Below, in pieces: positions 24,847 through 36,823 of a stretch of 64,000 nt of DNA. Every line of letters begins with the position of its first letter. Positions within the stretch are counted from its first letter, which is position 1. This DNA is from Lama glama (taxonomy: Eukaryota): assembly GCA_028534125.1 (NCBI GenBank), contig CM052817.1, positions 47,184,001-47,248,000 of the forward strand. The letters run 5' to 3'. The notes beneath the pieces were generated by a model, which did no database searches, was not told the DNA's origin, and was given only the letters and a program-made list of their open reading frames with translations. Made by a program: the position numbers and the translations under genes.

Positions 24847-26673
24847 TTTTTCTGTCTAGGTGATCTGTCCATTGACATAATTAAGGTGTTAAAGTCCCCA
24901 CTATTATTCTGTCACTGTCAATTTCTCTCTTTGTGTTTGTTAATATTTGGTTTAGGTATTCAGGTGCTCCTATGTTGGGTACATATATATTTATAGTTGT
25001 TATATCTTTGTCTTGGATTGATCCCTGGAACATTATGTAATGTCCTTCTCTGTCTCTTGTTACATTCTTTGTTTTAAAGTTATGTCTGATATTAGTATTG
25101 TTAACCCAGCTTTCTTTTCATTTCTATTTACATGGAATATCTTTTTCTATCCTCTCACTTCTCAGTCTCTACGTGTTTATGGATCTGAAATGAGTCTCTT
25201 GCAGGCAGCACACATATGGGTCTTGTTTGTTTTATGCATTCAGATAGAAGAATTTATTCCATTTACATTGAAAGTAATTATTGATAGATATGTACTTGTT
25301 GCCATTTTGTTAATTGTTTTGGGTTGTTTTTGTAGTTCTTTTTTCTTACTTTGCTCTCTTGTAATTTGATGACTATCTTTAGTGTTGTGTTTAGATCCCT
25401 TTATTTTTGTATTTGTATCTATTTGCATCTATTATAGATTTTTGGTTGTGGTTACCATGAGGTTCATATGTAGCAATATTTTATATATATTACTATTTTG
25501 AGTTGATGGCCTCAGAAGTTTGAATTCATTCTAACAACCCTACATTTTTACTTTCACCATATGTTTTATGTTTTTGATGTCCTATTTTACATATTTTAAC
25601 ATATTTTACATATTTTTAGTTTGTGTATCCCTTAACTACTTATTGTGAATATAGGTGATTTTGCTAATTTTGTCTTTAACCTCTCTATTAGCTTTATAAG
25701 TGGTTGATCTACTATCTTTACTACATGTTTGCCTTTACCAATGAGATGTTTTCTTTTATAATTCTCTCATTTCCAGTTGTAGCCTTTCCTTTTTCACTTA
25801 GAGAAGTTCCTTTAACATTTCCTAGAAGGCTGGTTTAGTGGTGCTAAACTCTTTTAGCTTTTACTTGTCTGTAAAACTCTTCATCTCTCCTTCAAATATG
25901 AATGCTGGCCTTGCTAGGTAAAGTATTATTGGTTGTAGGTTTTTTCTTTTTATTGGTTTGAATATATCTTGCCACTTCCTCCTGGCCTGCAAAGTTTCTG
26001 CTTATAAGTCAACTGCTAGTCTTCTGGGAGTTCCTGTGTGTATAACTTGTTGCTTTTCTCTGGATCTCTTTACCTCTAATTTTTTGCTATTTTGATTATA
26101 ATTTGTCTTTCTGTGGACCTCTTTGTGTGTGCTTCCTGAACTTGGATATTTGTCTCCTTTCCCAGGTCAGGAAAGTTTTCAGCTATTATTTCTTCAAGTA
26201 AGTTCTCGTCCCCTTTGCCTCCCTCTTTTCCTTCTGGGATCCCTATAATGTGAATGTTAGTACCCTTGTGGTTATCCCCAAATTCTCTTAAACTATCCTT
26301 ATTTTTTAAAATTCTTTGCTTCTTTTTTTCTGTTCAGCTTGGGTGATTTTCAGTACTTTGTCTACCAGATCTCTGATTTGTTCCTCTGTATCATCTAATC
26401 TACTGTTGATTTATTCTAGTTTATTTTTTATTTCAGTTATTATATTCCTTAGGTCTGTTTGTTTCTTTTAATGTTTTCTCTTTGTTGAAAGTCTCATTGT
26501 GTTTAGCCATAATTCTCCAGAGTTCATTGAGCATCTTTATGATCATTACCTTGAACTCTTTATCAAATCTATTGTTTATCTCCACTTCATTTAGTTCTTT
26601 TTCTGAGGTTATGTCTTGGTCCTTTGTTTAGAACATATTCCTTGATCTTCTCATTTGCCTAATTCTCTATGTT

Positions 26674-26725
26674 TATTTCTATATATTAGGTAGGTTGGTT
26701 ATTTCTATATATTAGGTAGGTTGGT
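26674..26725. repeat. 26-bp perfect tandem duplication in L1 5'UTR/ORF1 boundary
   Basis: TATTTCTATATATTAGGTAGGTTGGT x2. Confidence 0.95.
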
Positions 26726-27989
26726 CTCCAAGGCCAATCTTGGAAAAGTGGCCTTATGTAGGACACATCATATGGGGCCTGGCAGTACACTCCCCTTGGT
26801 CATCAGAGCTATATGCTCTAGAAGTGGCCCCTGTGTGGACTACATGGGCCCTCTGTTGCTGTGGGGCCAACTAGCGTGGGCACACTGGTGAGTGCTGCTT
26901 TGTGTGGCTTTGGGCCCTCTGGAGGGTGGGGATAGGCTTCCCATGTGGTTGGCTATGTGGCCTAGTGGTGTGTGGCTGCTGCAGGCCTGCTGGTCTGTGG
27001 GATTGGTTCCTCATAAGGCTGGCTATGCAGCTTAGGGCTGTGTGGCTGCTGCAGGCCAACTTATGGACAGGGCAAGTCCTTGATGCTAATAGAAATAAGG
27101 AATATTCCAGAATGGTGCTTGTTAGCTCTGGTGTCATTGTGGTAGAACGAGTTTCCAAAAATGGCCTCCACCAGCATCTCCACTCCTGGGGAGAGCTAGT
27201 TGCCTCCTGCTTCTCCAGGAGACTCTCCAACATCAGCAAGTGCATCTGACCTAGGCTGTTTTCAAACCACTACCTCTGTGCTGGAGCTTGGAGCATTTGA
27301 GATTTTATGTGTACCCTTTAACAACAAAGTCTCTGTTTCTTACAGCCCTTCAGTTCTCCCAAGCATAAGCCCTGACAGTTTTCAAAGCCAGACACTCTGG
27401 GGGCTAATCTTTCCAGTGTAAGACCCCCAAGCTGGAATACAATGTGGAGCTTAGACCTCTCACTCCTTGGAAAGAACCTCTATGGTTATGATATTCCTTT
27501 TGTTTGTGGGTTGCTGACCCAGGGGTATGGGTTCTAGATATACAATATCTCTGCCCTTTCTACTCATCTTGTAGTGGCTTTTTCTTTATATTTTTAGTTA
27601 TGGAAAATCTTTTCTACTAGTCTTCAGGTCATTCTCCTAGGTAATAGTTCTGTAAGTAGTTGTAGTTTTCGTGTGCCCATGGGGAGAGGTGAGTTCAAGG
27701 TCTTCCTACTCTGCCATCTTGGGGAGGCCTCTTGGCAGAGGTTTTCATATGTCCATCAATCAGTGTATTGTCTGGTAGACATAGTATCAACTCTATAGCT
27801 TCTCAGTGAACAAACACACCCCAGGGAGTTTGAGGACATATGTAGAACTTTAGACAGCTCTGCATTCTACTAAAAACTTAACTATGGATTTATAAAAAGA
27901 TGATAATATTGAAGTTTCAATTCAGGTGAAACTGATGTATATCAGACATCAAAGTGACTATGAAACAGGTCTCCATATGTAATATTACA

Positions 27990-28602
27990 ATTTTATTAAA
28001 ATTATAATTGGGATTTTATTATAGAGCTATGACTGAGCAGTGACAAAGAATGACCAATTCCATTGAAAGAAAATGTATTATTTACATTTCTCCAGTGAAG
28101 GCAGAACACCATACCATACAGAAGAACCATCAGGTTTAGGTCAGGAGACAAAAGCAGGAGCAAGGAGAAAGTCTAGGCCAGAACCTTTTTTTTTTTTTAA
28201 CTAATTTGCATTGACATTTACTACATAGGCCAAAACCTTTACTGAGGTTTCTGTGAGAAAGGCAAAGTTGGGTAAGGTAATCGGCTCAGAATTAGCTACT
28301 TCATATAATGTCAGTAGACTTTGAGCTGTAGAGGTGGTCTCTTGTCTGATGCCTGGACCTGGGTGATTTAAGACACAGGAAATATTGGTTTGATGTGTGA
28401 GAGTTTGATAAGGAAATGGTTGAGGGTGTAGGTCCTGAATTGGTTAGCTTGTATACGAAACATGTTCTCTCAAATAGGTTGTTTACCGTCTTTAGGAATT
28501 AGTTAGCCCTGGAAGGGGCAGTGTCTCCCTATGCTTAAAAGGTCCCCTAAGAAATCAAACATTATACCATAAAGAAAATTTACAAAAAGCATGATTAATA
28601 CA
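27990..28602 (-). mobile_element. MER74-like solo LTR (ERVL)
   Basis: Reverse complement begins TGTATTAATCATG..GACACTGCCCCTTCCAGGGCTAACTAATTCCTAAAGA, like the MER74 5' end. Confidence 0.75.
28189..28225 (-). mobile_element. Tiny poly(A)-tailed retroposed insert with 15-bp TSD
   Basis: TSD TAGGCCA(G/A)AACCTTT at 28174-28188 and 28226-28240; insert reverse complement TGTAGTAAATGTCAATGCAAATTAGTT plus A-run. Confidence 0.8.
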
Positions 28603-29739
28603 AGAATGGAAATGGTTGCTCACCAGTTCAATGACCCTTGGACCCATCAGGCAAATCAGAGATCTTAAAAGAGGCCAGGAAATAACTTTTGATAATATTT
28701 GTTTAGTAAAGAAACTTATTCTAATATGATATCTCCCTTGCCCCAGCCCACAGACACACATAAGAGGTGGTAGGATTAAGAAGCTCTGCTTTCTTCCCCT
28801 CAAGCAGAGTGAAGGGAGCTGCTATAAGCTTTCTGAAGACTTGTGATGGGTATTCACAGATTAGTGACTGACCAGGTGTGAGGAAACTAAAGTATTCTAT
28901 GGCCAGTTTTTCAGTTCAAGGAAACGTGTAGACCCTGCTATAGAGCAGGTATGGGCCAGACAGGAGAGAGAGCCGGGGTGGGATGATCTTAGGTCTTGTC
29001 TAAGGAGGCAACCTGGAGGAGAGGAGTCCAGCAGTGAGATGTTCCAGATGGGCCCTGAGTTCCTAAGGGCTGCAGAATGAGTTGCACAGGACCACCCAAA
29101 ACAGAGACCCATCTGCCCAGGTGAATAGAACTGCAAGAGAGGGGCCCTGAGTGATGAAAAATGCCAAAGGCCCATGAAACACACTCAACAAAAACAGCTT
29201 CAAACATCTGCCAGGCCCAGGGAGCCTGACGACCGCTTATGAGATGTCTGTTCAAATAAGACCTTTATCCCTAAACACTTCATTTTTTCCATGTTTTACC
29301 CAGAAGTGTCCAAAAATGGTTAGTGAGCCAGGCAGGGTGGATTGAGTACAGAGAAGTAGAGAGGAAGCCATCCATTTCATTCCACTTCTGCTGCAAGTTT
29401 CCAGCCTGAAGCATACTAGAAACCCAGTTCTGACTGATTTCCTGGCAAGACACTTACAATTTCTGAATTAAGACTCTCTGTTTTTATTTCGGGTAACTGT
29501 AGCCCTGTCCATTACCAAAAAGCAAGCAGAAAAGCCATAGGACCTATGAAAATTTTCATCAAGGGGCAGGAAGAAAGCAATAAGGGACACAAGCAAGTAT
29601 TCTGCCAGGTTAAAGAGCTACAGTGTCTGGACAAAACTGAGGAAAAGCATGCTTTTGGTGAGGATCTCCACAGGAAAGAGAAGAAACCTGTGAAAGTTTC
29701 TGCATTGTGTCTCCAGTGAAATACCAAGAAAACATGATC

Positions 29740-30330
29740 TCTTTGAAAGCAAAAGATTAACTGAAAAAGCAGTAAGTTGGGATGCAGGTTGAGGGAGTTA
29801 CGAAATGAGTGTAGGAGTTAACTGAATGATCATAGAACACCAAAGAGCATTTGCAGAACCAAATTCACATGCAGAAAACAGAATTAGTGAGGCAGAGGCC
29901 AAACAAGAAGCACTCTTAAAGAATGCTGGGAAAACAGAGCAAAAATGGCTCTTCTCAGTGAGTTCTCACTGGACCCTAAACACACGTACAGAGGAAGAAA
30001 CTGAGACCTGGCAAGGTCAGCTAACATGCCCGGCAAACAGCCAGTAGCTGACAAAGCAGAACTGAAACTCAAATCTGTCAGATTCCAACATGTATCTGTT
30101 CACAATGACACTGTGCTAAACACAAGGACAAGACACATAGATCTGAGGGAGAATGAAGAAAGAGCTAACTTTTCGATCACAGGTATTTAAAGAGAAAAAA
30201 GCAAAACAAGTTTAGCATATACAAAAATTAAAAAAAATAAAATAAAGTTTCTTGAATGAAAAAATTAATTATACAAATGAAAGATCTTATCTAGTTAGAA
30301 AATTGGATAATTGATCTAAAAAAATGAGAA
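29740..30330 (+). mobile_element. Old L1M/HAL1 ORF1 relic interrupted by MIR
   Basis: AENRISEAEAKQE (ORF 29826-30047) resembles the L1 ORF1 coiled coil AENRISDLEDK; resumes after the MIR with a decayed DL..R..RANF.ITG.. / NFLE-like segment. Confidence 0.6.
29985..30115 (-). mobile_element. MIR SINE
   Basis: TACAGAGGAAGAAACTGAGACC..CATGCCC..GCAGAACTGAAACTCAAATCTGTCAGATTCCAA. Confidence 0.75.
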
Positions 30331-31445
30331 CTAGTTCTTTATGTAGAAGTGAGGGTGCTGGGTATGGAAATAAAATAGTTAAACAATTGGCAAGATAGAT
30401 AGTATTTACTACTGTTAGGAGATGGTGAGACAGGTACTCATATTTATGGAAGTATCAAGTAGTATATAAAAATATTAATTATAAGAAAATAATCTGAAAT
30501 GCAGACAAGTAATTATCTAAAGGAGGCAGACATTTATGATCAGAAAAAAGTTAAATAGATAAAAAGTTTGAAAGGTAAATGGAACTAAAGTAATATTTTA
30601 ATGCTTAATATGATGATTAAAATTAAAAAATACTTCTTATTAACAGAGCTTAGTATCTGAGGCTTTCATCAGTGGAAAAAATTGTGGTATCCCCACAAAA
30701 ATTCTAAGAGGAAACTATGGACACATTTGACATAATAAAACTAACAAACAATGTAGAACTGTATTGAGCTTGGCAATAATCTTTGAATTCCTTGATGTAA
30801 CTCCAGAGAGAGCAGGATAGGCAGCAGATGGTGGTTAGTCCCTAAGACAAGATGTGAGTTCTACTCCAGTCTTCCATTTATGGTGTTACCTTGTGCAAGT
30901 CAGTTTCTCACTCTAAACTCTAATATCCAGCCTAGAACATCTTCAGTAAATGTTTCTTGACCAAGTTACTTGTCCAAGGCCACGCAGGTATTAAATGTTG
31001 GAACAAGTGAGGTCTAGTGGATTCAGGCTGGCTGGAATATAATCAGATTTATGAAGGAAGAAAATTCCAATTGGAGAGAACAGTGTGAAGAGAAAGTATG
31101 GTGTTTAGACTACATGAGAAGCTGGCTTTTCCCAGCCAATACAGATATACATAATATCTTAGCATATCAATATATTTGCACATGTAGAAAAAATCCATAG
31201 AGATGTAATAAGTTTTTTAAGTGAGTTTTAATAATTTAATTATTCCTACTTACATATACAAAGTGTGCACACACACAGATTTATTGGAAAGAGAGCCCAC
31301 TTGTCTATTCACTGGTCATGTACTCAGTGATCTATGAAGTCATCTCCCTTTTTGGTATTAACCTAGGGGCCAGAGAGGGAGAGGTTCAGTGGGGTTATGC
31401 CACCCATTACGTCCTTCCCTAATGGTATAGGAATTTCCCAAGTCT

Positions 31446-31486
31446 CTTTTCTTCCTTCCTTCCTTCCTTCCTTCCTTCCTTCCTTC

Positions 31487-31558
<72 letters not shown>

Positions 31559-31703
31559 TCTTTCTCTCTTTCTCTTCCTTCCTTCCTTCCTTCCTTCCTT
31601 TCTTTCTTTCTTCCTTTCTTCCTTTCTTTCTTTCTTTCTCTCTCCCTTTCTTTCTTTCTCTCTTTCTTTCTTTCTTTTTCTTCTTCCTTTCTTTCTTCCT
31701 TTC
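31446..31703. repeat. Compound (TTCC)n/(TTTC)n microsatellite
   Basis: About 260 bp pyrimidine tract; source of the K/E/R-rich and F/L/S-rich spurious ORFs. Confidence 0.97.
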
Positions 31704-32021
31704 TACACATATATATAGATTTGTTTTCATATTCTTTTTCATTAAAGGTTATTATAAGATATTGAATATAGTCCCCTGTGCTACACAGAAGAAATTTGTT
31801 TTTTCTATTTTTGTATAGAGTGGTTATAACTTGCAAATCTCAAATTCCCAAATTTATCCCTTCCCACCCCTTTTCCCTGGTAACCATAAGATTGTTTACT
31901 AAGTGAAGTAAGCCAGAAAGAGAAAGAAAAACACCATATGATATCACTTATATGTGGAATCTAAAAAAGAAAAAAAAAGAGACCACTAATGAACTCATAT
32001 ACAAAACAGAAACAGACTCTG
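31454..32021 (-). mobile_element. 5'-inverted (twin-primed) L1 3'UTR insertion
   Basis: Minus-strand 3'UTR at about 31706-31900; plus-strand upstream segment at 31901-32021; identical TSD AGTCTCTTTTCTT at 31441-31453 and 32022-32034. Confidence 0.9.
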
Positions 32022-32240
32022 AGTCTCTTTTCTTAGCTAGCAGAAACTCACCAAGAAGGTGACTTGACAACCAAATTTCTCTTTTCCTTTTGGATCACTC
32101 ATATCCTTTACTCAACAATCACTGGAAACATTCCTATTCATTTGAAACAACAGTCTCTTCATTTGTTGACTCCTGGGTGAAGAAATACTCCTCTTAGAGT
32201 AGAAATAGATTAGTTAATGTATTTGTTCAACACTAAAGCA

Positions 32241-33821
32241 CAAAAATCAACTCAAAATGGATCAAAGACTTAAACATAAGACAAGATACAATAAACCTCC
32301 TAGAGGAAAACATAGGCAAAACATTATCTGACATACATTTCAAAAATTTTCTCCTAGTGGAAATAAAAGAAAGAATAAACAAATGGGACCTAATGAAACT
32401 TACAAGCTTCTGCACAGCAAAGGAAACCATAAGTAAAACAAGAAGACAACCTACGGAATGGGAGAAAACTTTTGCAAATGGAACCGACAAAGGCTTGATC
32501 TCCAGAATATATAAGCAGCTCATACGACTTAATAAGAAAAAAATAAACAACCCAATCCAAAAATGGGCAGAAGACCTATACAAGCAATTCTCCAAGGAAG
32601 ACATACAAATGATCAAAAGGCACATGAAAAAATGCTCAATATCACTAATTATCAGAGAAATACAAATCAAAACTACAATGAGATATCACCTCACACCAGT
32701 CAGAATGGCCGTCATTCAAAAATCCATAAATGACAANNNNNNNNNNNNNNNNNNNNNNNNNNNNNNNNNNNNNNNNNNNNNNNNNNNNNNNNNNNNNNNN
32801 NNNNNNNNNNNNNNNNNNNNNNNNNNNNNNNNNNNNNNNNNNNNNNNNNNNNNNNNNNNNNNNNNNNNNNNNNNNNNNNNNNNNNNNNNNNNNNNNNNNN
32901 NNNNNNNNNNNNNNNNNNNNNNNNNNNNNNNNNNNNNNNNNNNNNNNNNNNNNNNNNNNNNNNNNNNNNNNNNNNNNNNNNNNNNNNNNNNNNNNNNNNN
33001 NNNNNNNNNNNNNNNNNNNNNNNNNNNNNNNNNNNNNNNNNNNNNNNNNNNNNNNNNNNNNNNNNNNNNNNNNNNNNNNNNNNNNNNNNNNNNNNNNNNN
33101 NNNNNNNNNNNNNNNNNNNNNNNNNNNNNNNNNNNNNNNNNNNNNNNNNNNNNNNNNNNNNNNNNNNNNNNNNNNNNNNNNNNNNNNNNNNNNNNNNNNN
33201 NNNNNNNNNNNNNNNNNNNNNNNNNNNNNNNNNNNNGGATGACAGCTGCACCCCAATGTTCATAGCAGCACTATTTACAATAGCCAAAACATGGAAACAG
33301 CCTAAATGTCCATCAATAGGTGACTGGATAAAGAAGAAGTGGTATATTTATACAATGGAATACTACTCAGCCATAAAAACCGACAACATAACGCCATTTG
33401 CAGCAACATGGATACTCCTGGAGAGTGTCATTCTAAGCGAAGTAAGCCAGAAAGAGAAAGAAAAATACCATATGAGATCGCTCATATGTGGAATCTAAAA
33501 AACAAACAAACAAACAAACAAAAACAAAGCATAAATACAGGACAGAAATAGCCTCATAGAGAATACAGACTTGTGGTTGCCAGGGGGGTGGAGGGTGGGA
33601 AGGGATAGACTGGGATTTCAAAACTGTAGAATATATAAACAAGATTATACTGTATAGCACAGGGAAATATACACAAAATGTTATGGTAGCTCACAGAGAA
33701 AAAAATGTGACAATGAGTGTGTATATGTCCATGTATGACTGAAAAATTGTGCTGAACACTGGAATTTGACACAACATTGTAAATTGATTATAATTCAATA
33801 AAAAATGTTAAAAAAAAAACC
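32241..33821 (+). mobile_element. Young 5'-truncated L1 (ORF2 C-terminus plus 3'UTR), camelid type
   Basis: Open ORF2 pieces [33 protein letters not shown] and [30 protein letters not shown]; poly(A); TSD CACTAAAGCA at 32231-32240 and 33822-33831. Confidence 0.95.
32737..33236. other. Assembly gap (500 N)
   Basis: Run of N inside the L1. Confidence 1.
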
Positions 33822-34404
33822 CACTAAAGCAATAGCCATAGTCTTGTTTGATGTTTAGGATTAAATAGCCAAGCAATAGTTCTTTCTTACTGATGAGCCA
33901 ATGGATTCTTTTGAAGTTTCTCAAATAATTACATGTTGCTTCATATTTTCTCAAAAGCACCATATATCCCACCGTTGATCATAGGCCAAAAATTGAGGAT
34001 TCCTCGGAAATTCCTTAACAACATGAAAGTTTTAATATTAATTTCTTGTGATGATATGTCAGTGCTCTGAAAAGTTTTCAGGTAGAGGTCTTTTATTTCT
34101 GATAATTAAACATTTTACTATGCAAGAGACAACAAACGGATGGGAGTAAATGTGGGTGGTTTTTGTTTGCTTATTTCTGGATTATTTTGTTAGAGCTGGA
34201 AGCAACAGAGTACATACAAACTTAGTATCTTCTAAATGTTTGCAGATAGTTTTTATGGTTTCTATAAGTTTTCCCAAAGTTTTTCCCCAAACACTAATAA
34301 AGCCCAAATTACTAACCAGGTAGGCCTCTTCTATAAGAAAAGAGTCAGCTGTTGATATTTTCCTTCATATGAGAGTTCTTTCATTCTCCATTTAGAGCTT
34401 TCCA

Positions 34405-34539
34405 AAGGACTTATAAATATCTGTGCTGTGGCCAGCTACCAGTATCATGGTCTGCATTGCAGCCCAAGTAAGGACTTATAAATATCTGTGCTGTGTCTAG
34501 CTACCAGTATCATGGTCTGCATTGCAGCCCAAGTAAGGA
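34405..34539. repeat. 65-bp tandem duplication
   Basis: Copies at 34405-34469 and 34470-34534, 2 mismatches, AAGGA microhomology repeated at 34535-34539. Confidence 0.95.
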
Positions 34540-34944
34540 GGTAGAGAGAGAAGGTATATATGAGTTGTTCTGATGTGTTAAGAATGGCTGAGGCAGCAGC
34601 AGTAAGTGAAGTTCGCATTCATCAGGTGATGAAATAACATTTACCTTTTCACTTGCCTATAAAGAGGTTAGTTATGGATCAATTCAGGTCAAAGTCTTAA
34701 TGGGTCTAGCCTGACTCTCTTTCTAACTAAGGTCACTTGTTGTGGTGGCTCTATTAAAGTCCTTAAATATTGATTTGTTTGAGCACTTAAAGTTGGTGCC
34801 TGCCTGCCTAGAACATGATTTTCCTTTTGCAGGGATGACTGCTCAGAGTTGGTTAACCATTATTTTTATTTTGGCCATTTTTCTCAAGTATGCCCTCTTT
34901 CTTGAGGTCCTGTGATGCCTTTGCTTTTGATTTCTTGGCAGTAA

Positions 34945-35125
34945 CATAGTGTAGTAAAGAGAGGATTGGATCAGCAACTAGGAAACTCGGGTTTCCCTTC
35001 AGGTTTTGCTGTTTCCAAGTAGGTGAACTTCAGGGGCATTACCTAACTCTCCTGAGTCTCAGGTATTTCATATGTAAAATGAGGATGTTGAAATAGATGG
35101 CTTTCCCAGAAATCAAATTCTGTGA
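34945..35125 (+). mobile_element. MIR (MIR3/MIRc-like)
   Basis: CATAGTGTAGTAAAGAGA..CTAACTCTCCTGAGTCTCAGG..CATATGTAAAATGAGGATGTTG. Confidence 0.75.
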
Positions 35126-35164
35126 GTGGGCATCATCTCACACTTCCTTTTGTTCCCACATTTT

Positions 35165-36810
35165 GTGCTCTGGCAAATTTTCTATTATTTAAAAAATGAG
35201 ATGATAAAATACATACATACATCTTGGAAAACTACAGAGAAAGAAGATAATTTAAATACCAAAATCATCCCTACCTCAACCAGGATTAACTACTGTTAAC
35301 ATTTGTTGTATTGGGTGCCAATGTTTTTCTTTTGCATGTGTGTATATTTGACTTCCATTTTATAAAAATACAAGCATATGTAATTATAAATATATGTTGA
35401 ATATTAAGAGAACTATATTTAAAGGAAACCGTAAGCAAAACAAAAAGACAACCTATGGAATGGGAGAAAATATTGGTAAAAGATGAACTGACAAGGGCTT
35501 GATTTCCAGAATATATAAATAGCTCATATGACTTAATAAGAAAAAAACAAACAACCTAATCCAAAAATGGGCAGAAGACCTACACAAGCAATTCTCTAAT
35601 AAAGACATACAAATGGCCAATAGGCACATGAAAAAATGCTCAATATCACTAATTATCAGAGAAATACAAATCAAAACTACAATGAGGTATCACCTCACAC
35701 CAGTCAGAATGGCCATCACTCAGAAGCCCACAAATGATAAATGCTGGAGAGGCTGTTGAGGAAAGGGAACCCTCCTACACTGTTGGTAGGAATGCAGTTT
35801 GATGCAGCCATTGTGGAAAACAGTATGGAGTTTCCTCGAAAGACTAGGAATAGACTTACCATATGACCCAGCAATCCTACTCCTGGGCATATATCCAGAG
35901 GGAACCCTAATCCAAAAAGACACCTGAACCCCAATGTTCATAGCAGCACTATTTAGAATAGCCAAGACATGAAAACAGCCTAAATGTCCATCAACAGATG
36001 ACTGAATAAAGGAGTTGTGGTATATTTATACAATGGAATACTACTTAGCCATAAAAATGATAGAATAATGCCATTTGCAGCAACATGGATGTCCCTGGAG
36101 AATGTCATTCTAAGTGAAGTAAGCCAGAAAGAGAAATAAAAATACCATATAATATCATTCACACGTGAAATCTAAAAAAAAAAGACAAATGAACTTATTT
36201 TTAAAACAGTAATAGACTCACAGACATAGAATACAGACTTGTGGTTGCCGGGGGAGGTGGGTGGGAAGGGATAAACTGAGAGTTCAAGATTTGCAGATAC
36301 TGATTGGTATATATAAATAGATAAACAAGTTTATACTGTATAGCACAGGGAAATATATTCAATATTTTGTACTAGATCATGGTGAAAAAGAATATGAAAA
36401 AGAATATATATATATTCATGTATGAATGAAGAATTGTGCTGTATACCAGAAATGGACACTCCATTGTAAACTGACTATAACTCAATAAAAAAAGAGAACT
36501 ATATTTACAAAATATGTAATCATACTATATATATAGTTTTGTATGCTATTTATTTCACTTCATATTACATTATGACTATGTTGTTTTGTATTCTTCAAAA
36601 CTATTATTTTTAATGAATACAAAGTATATCCTTCTATCCAGTGTCTGGACAGAAAAAAATCTAGTAAATTTTAGCTTTAATTATGATATTGCTATAAAAT
36701 AAGTCATTAAAAATACTTTCTATTTAGAAACAGGTTATTCCAATTTTTGCTATTATAAATGATACTGTATTGAACTTACACATGAATGTTAGATAAATTT
36801 TCTGATTATT
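35165..36810 (-). mobile_element. Old L1ME-type 3' fragment split by a younger L1
   Basis: AACTACTGTTAACATTT.., ATCATACTATAT..TTTTGTATGCTA..TTTCACTT and TTCCAATTTTTGCTATTATAAATGATACTG on either side of 35422-36491. Confidence 0.6.
35422..36491 (+). mobile_element. 5'-truncated L1 (about 1.07 kb) with 16-bp TSD
   Basis: ORF2 C-terminal and 3'UTR sequence similar to the 32241 copy; TSD AAGAGAACTATATTTA at 35406-35421 and 36492-36507, preceded by TT (endonuclease-like site). Confidence 0.95.
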
Positions 36811-36823
36811 ACTTTTGGAGAAT

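Larger units (their letters stand above)
22527..27732 (-). mobile_element. Full-length-ended laurasiatherian L1 with about 1.6 kb internal ORF2 deletion
   Basis: 5' end (reverse complement) CCCCAAGATGGCAGAGTAGGAAGACC at about 27720; 5'UTR about 26700-27730; ORF1 region; EN motif IIVGDFNT..MDRSPRQK at about 24850-24910; RT KLSLF..DMII.IKNP..KKLI.LINEF.KVAGYKINI ending about 24700; 3'UTR to 22628; degenerate TSD TGGCAGGGATTTC (22514-22526) / TGGCAGAGGTTTTC (27733-27746). Confidence 0.92.

Noticed and set aside
29151..29230. GTGATGA...CTGA resembling a C/D snoRNA
   Set aside because: No terminal stem or recognisable guide; lies in probable L2-like decayed sequence
31363..31836. Long K/E/R-rich and F/L/S-rich ORFs
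   Set aside because: Translations of the (TTCC)/(TTTC) microsatellite
32357..33287. 170-302 aa ORFs
   Set aside because: Lengths come from reading through the N gap; the real parts are truncated L1 ORF2
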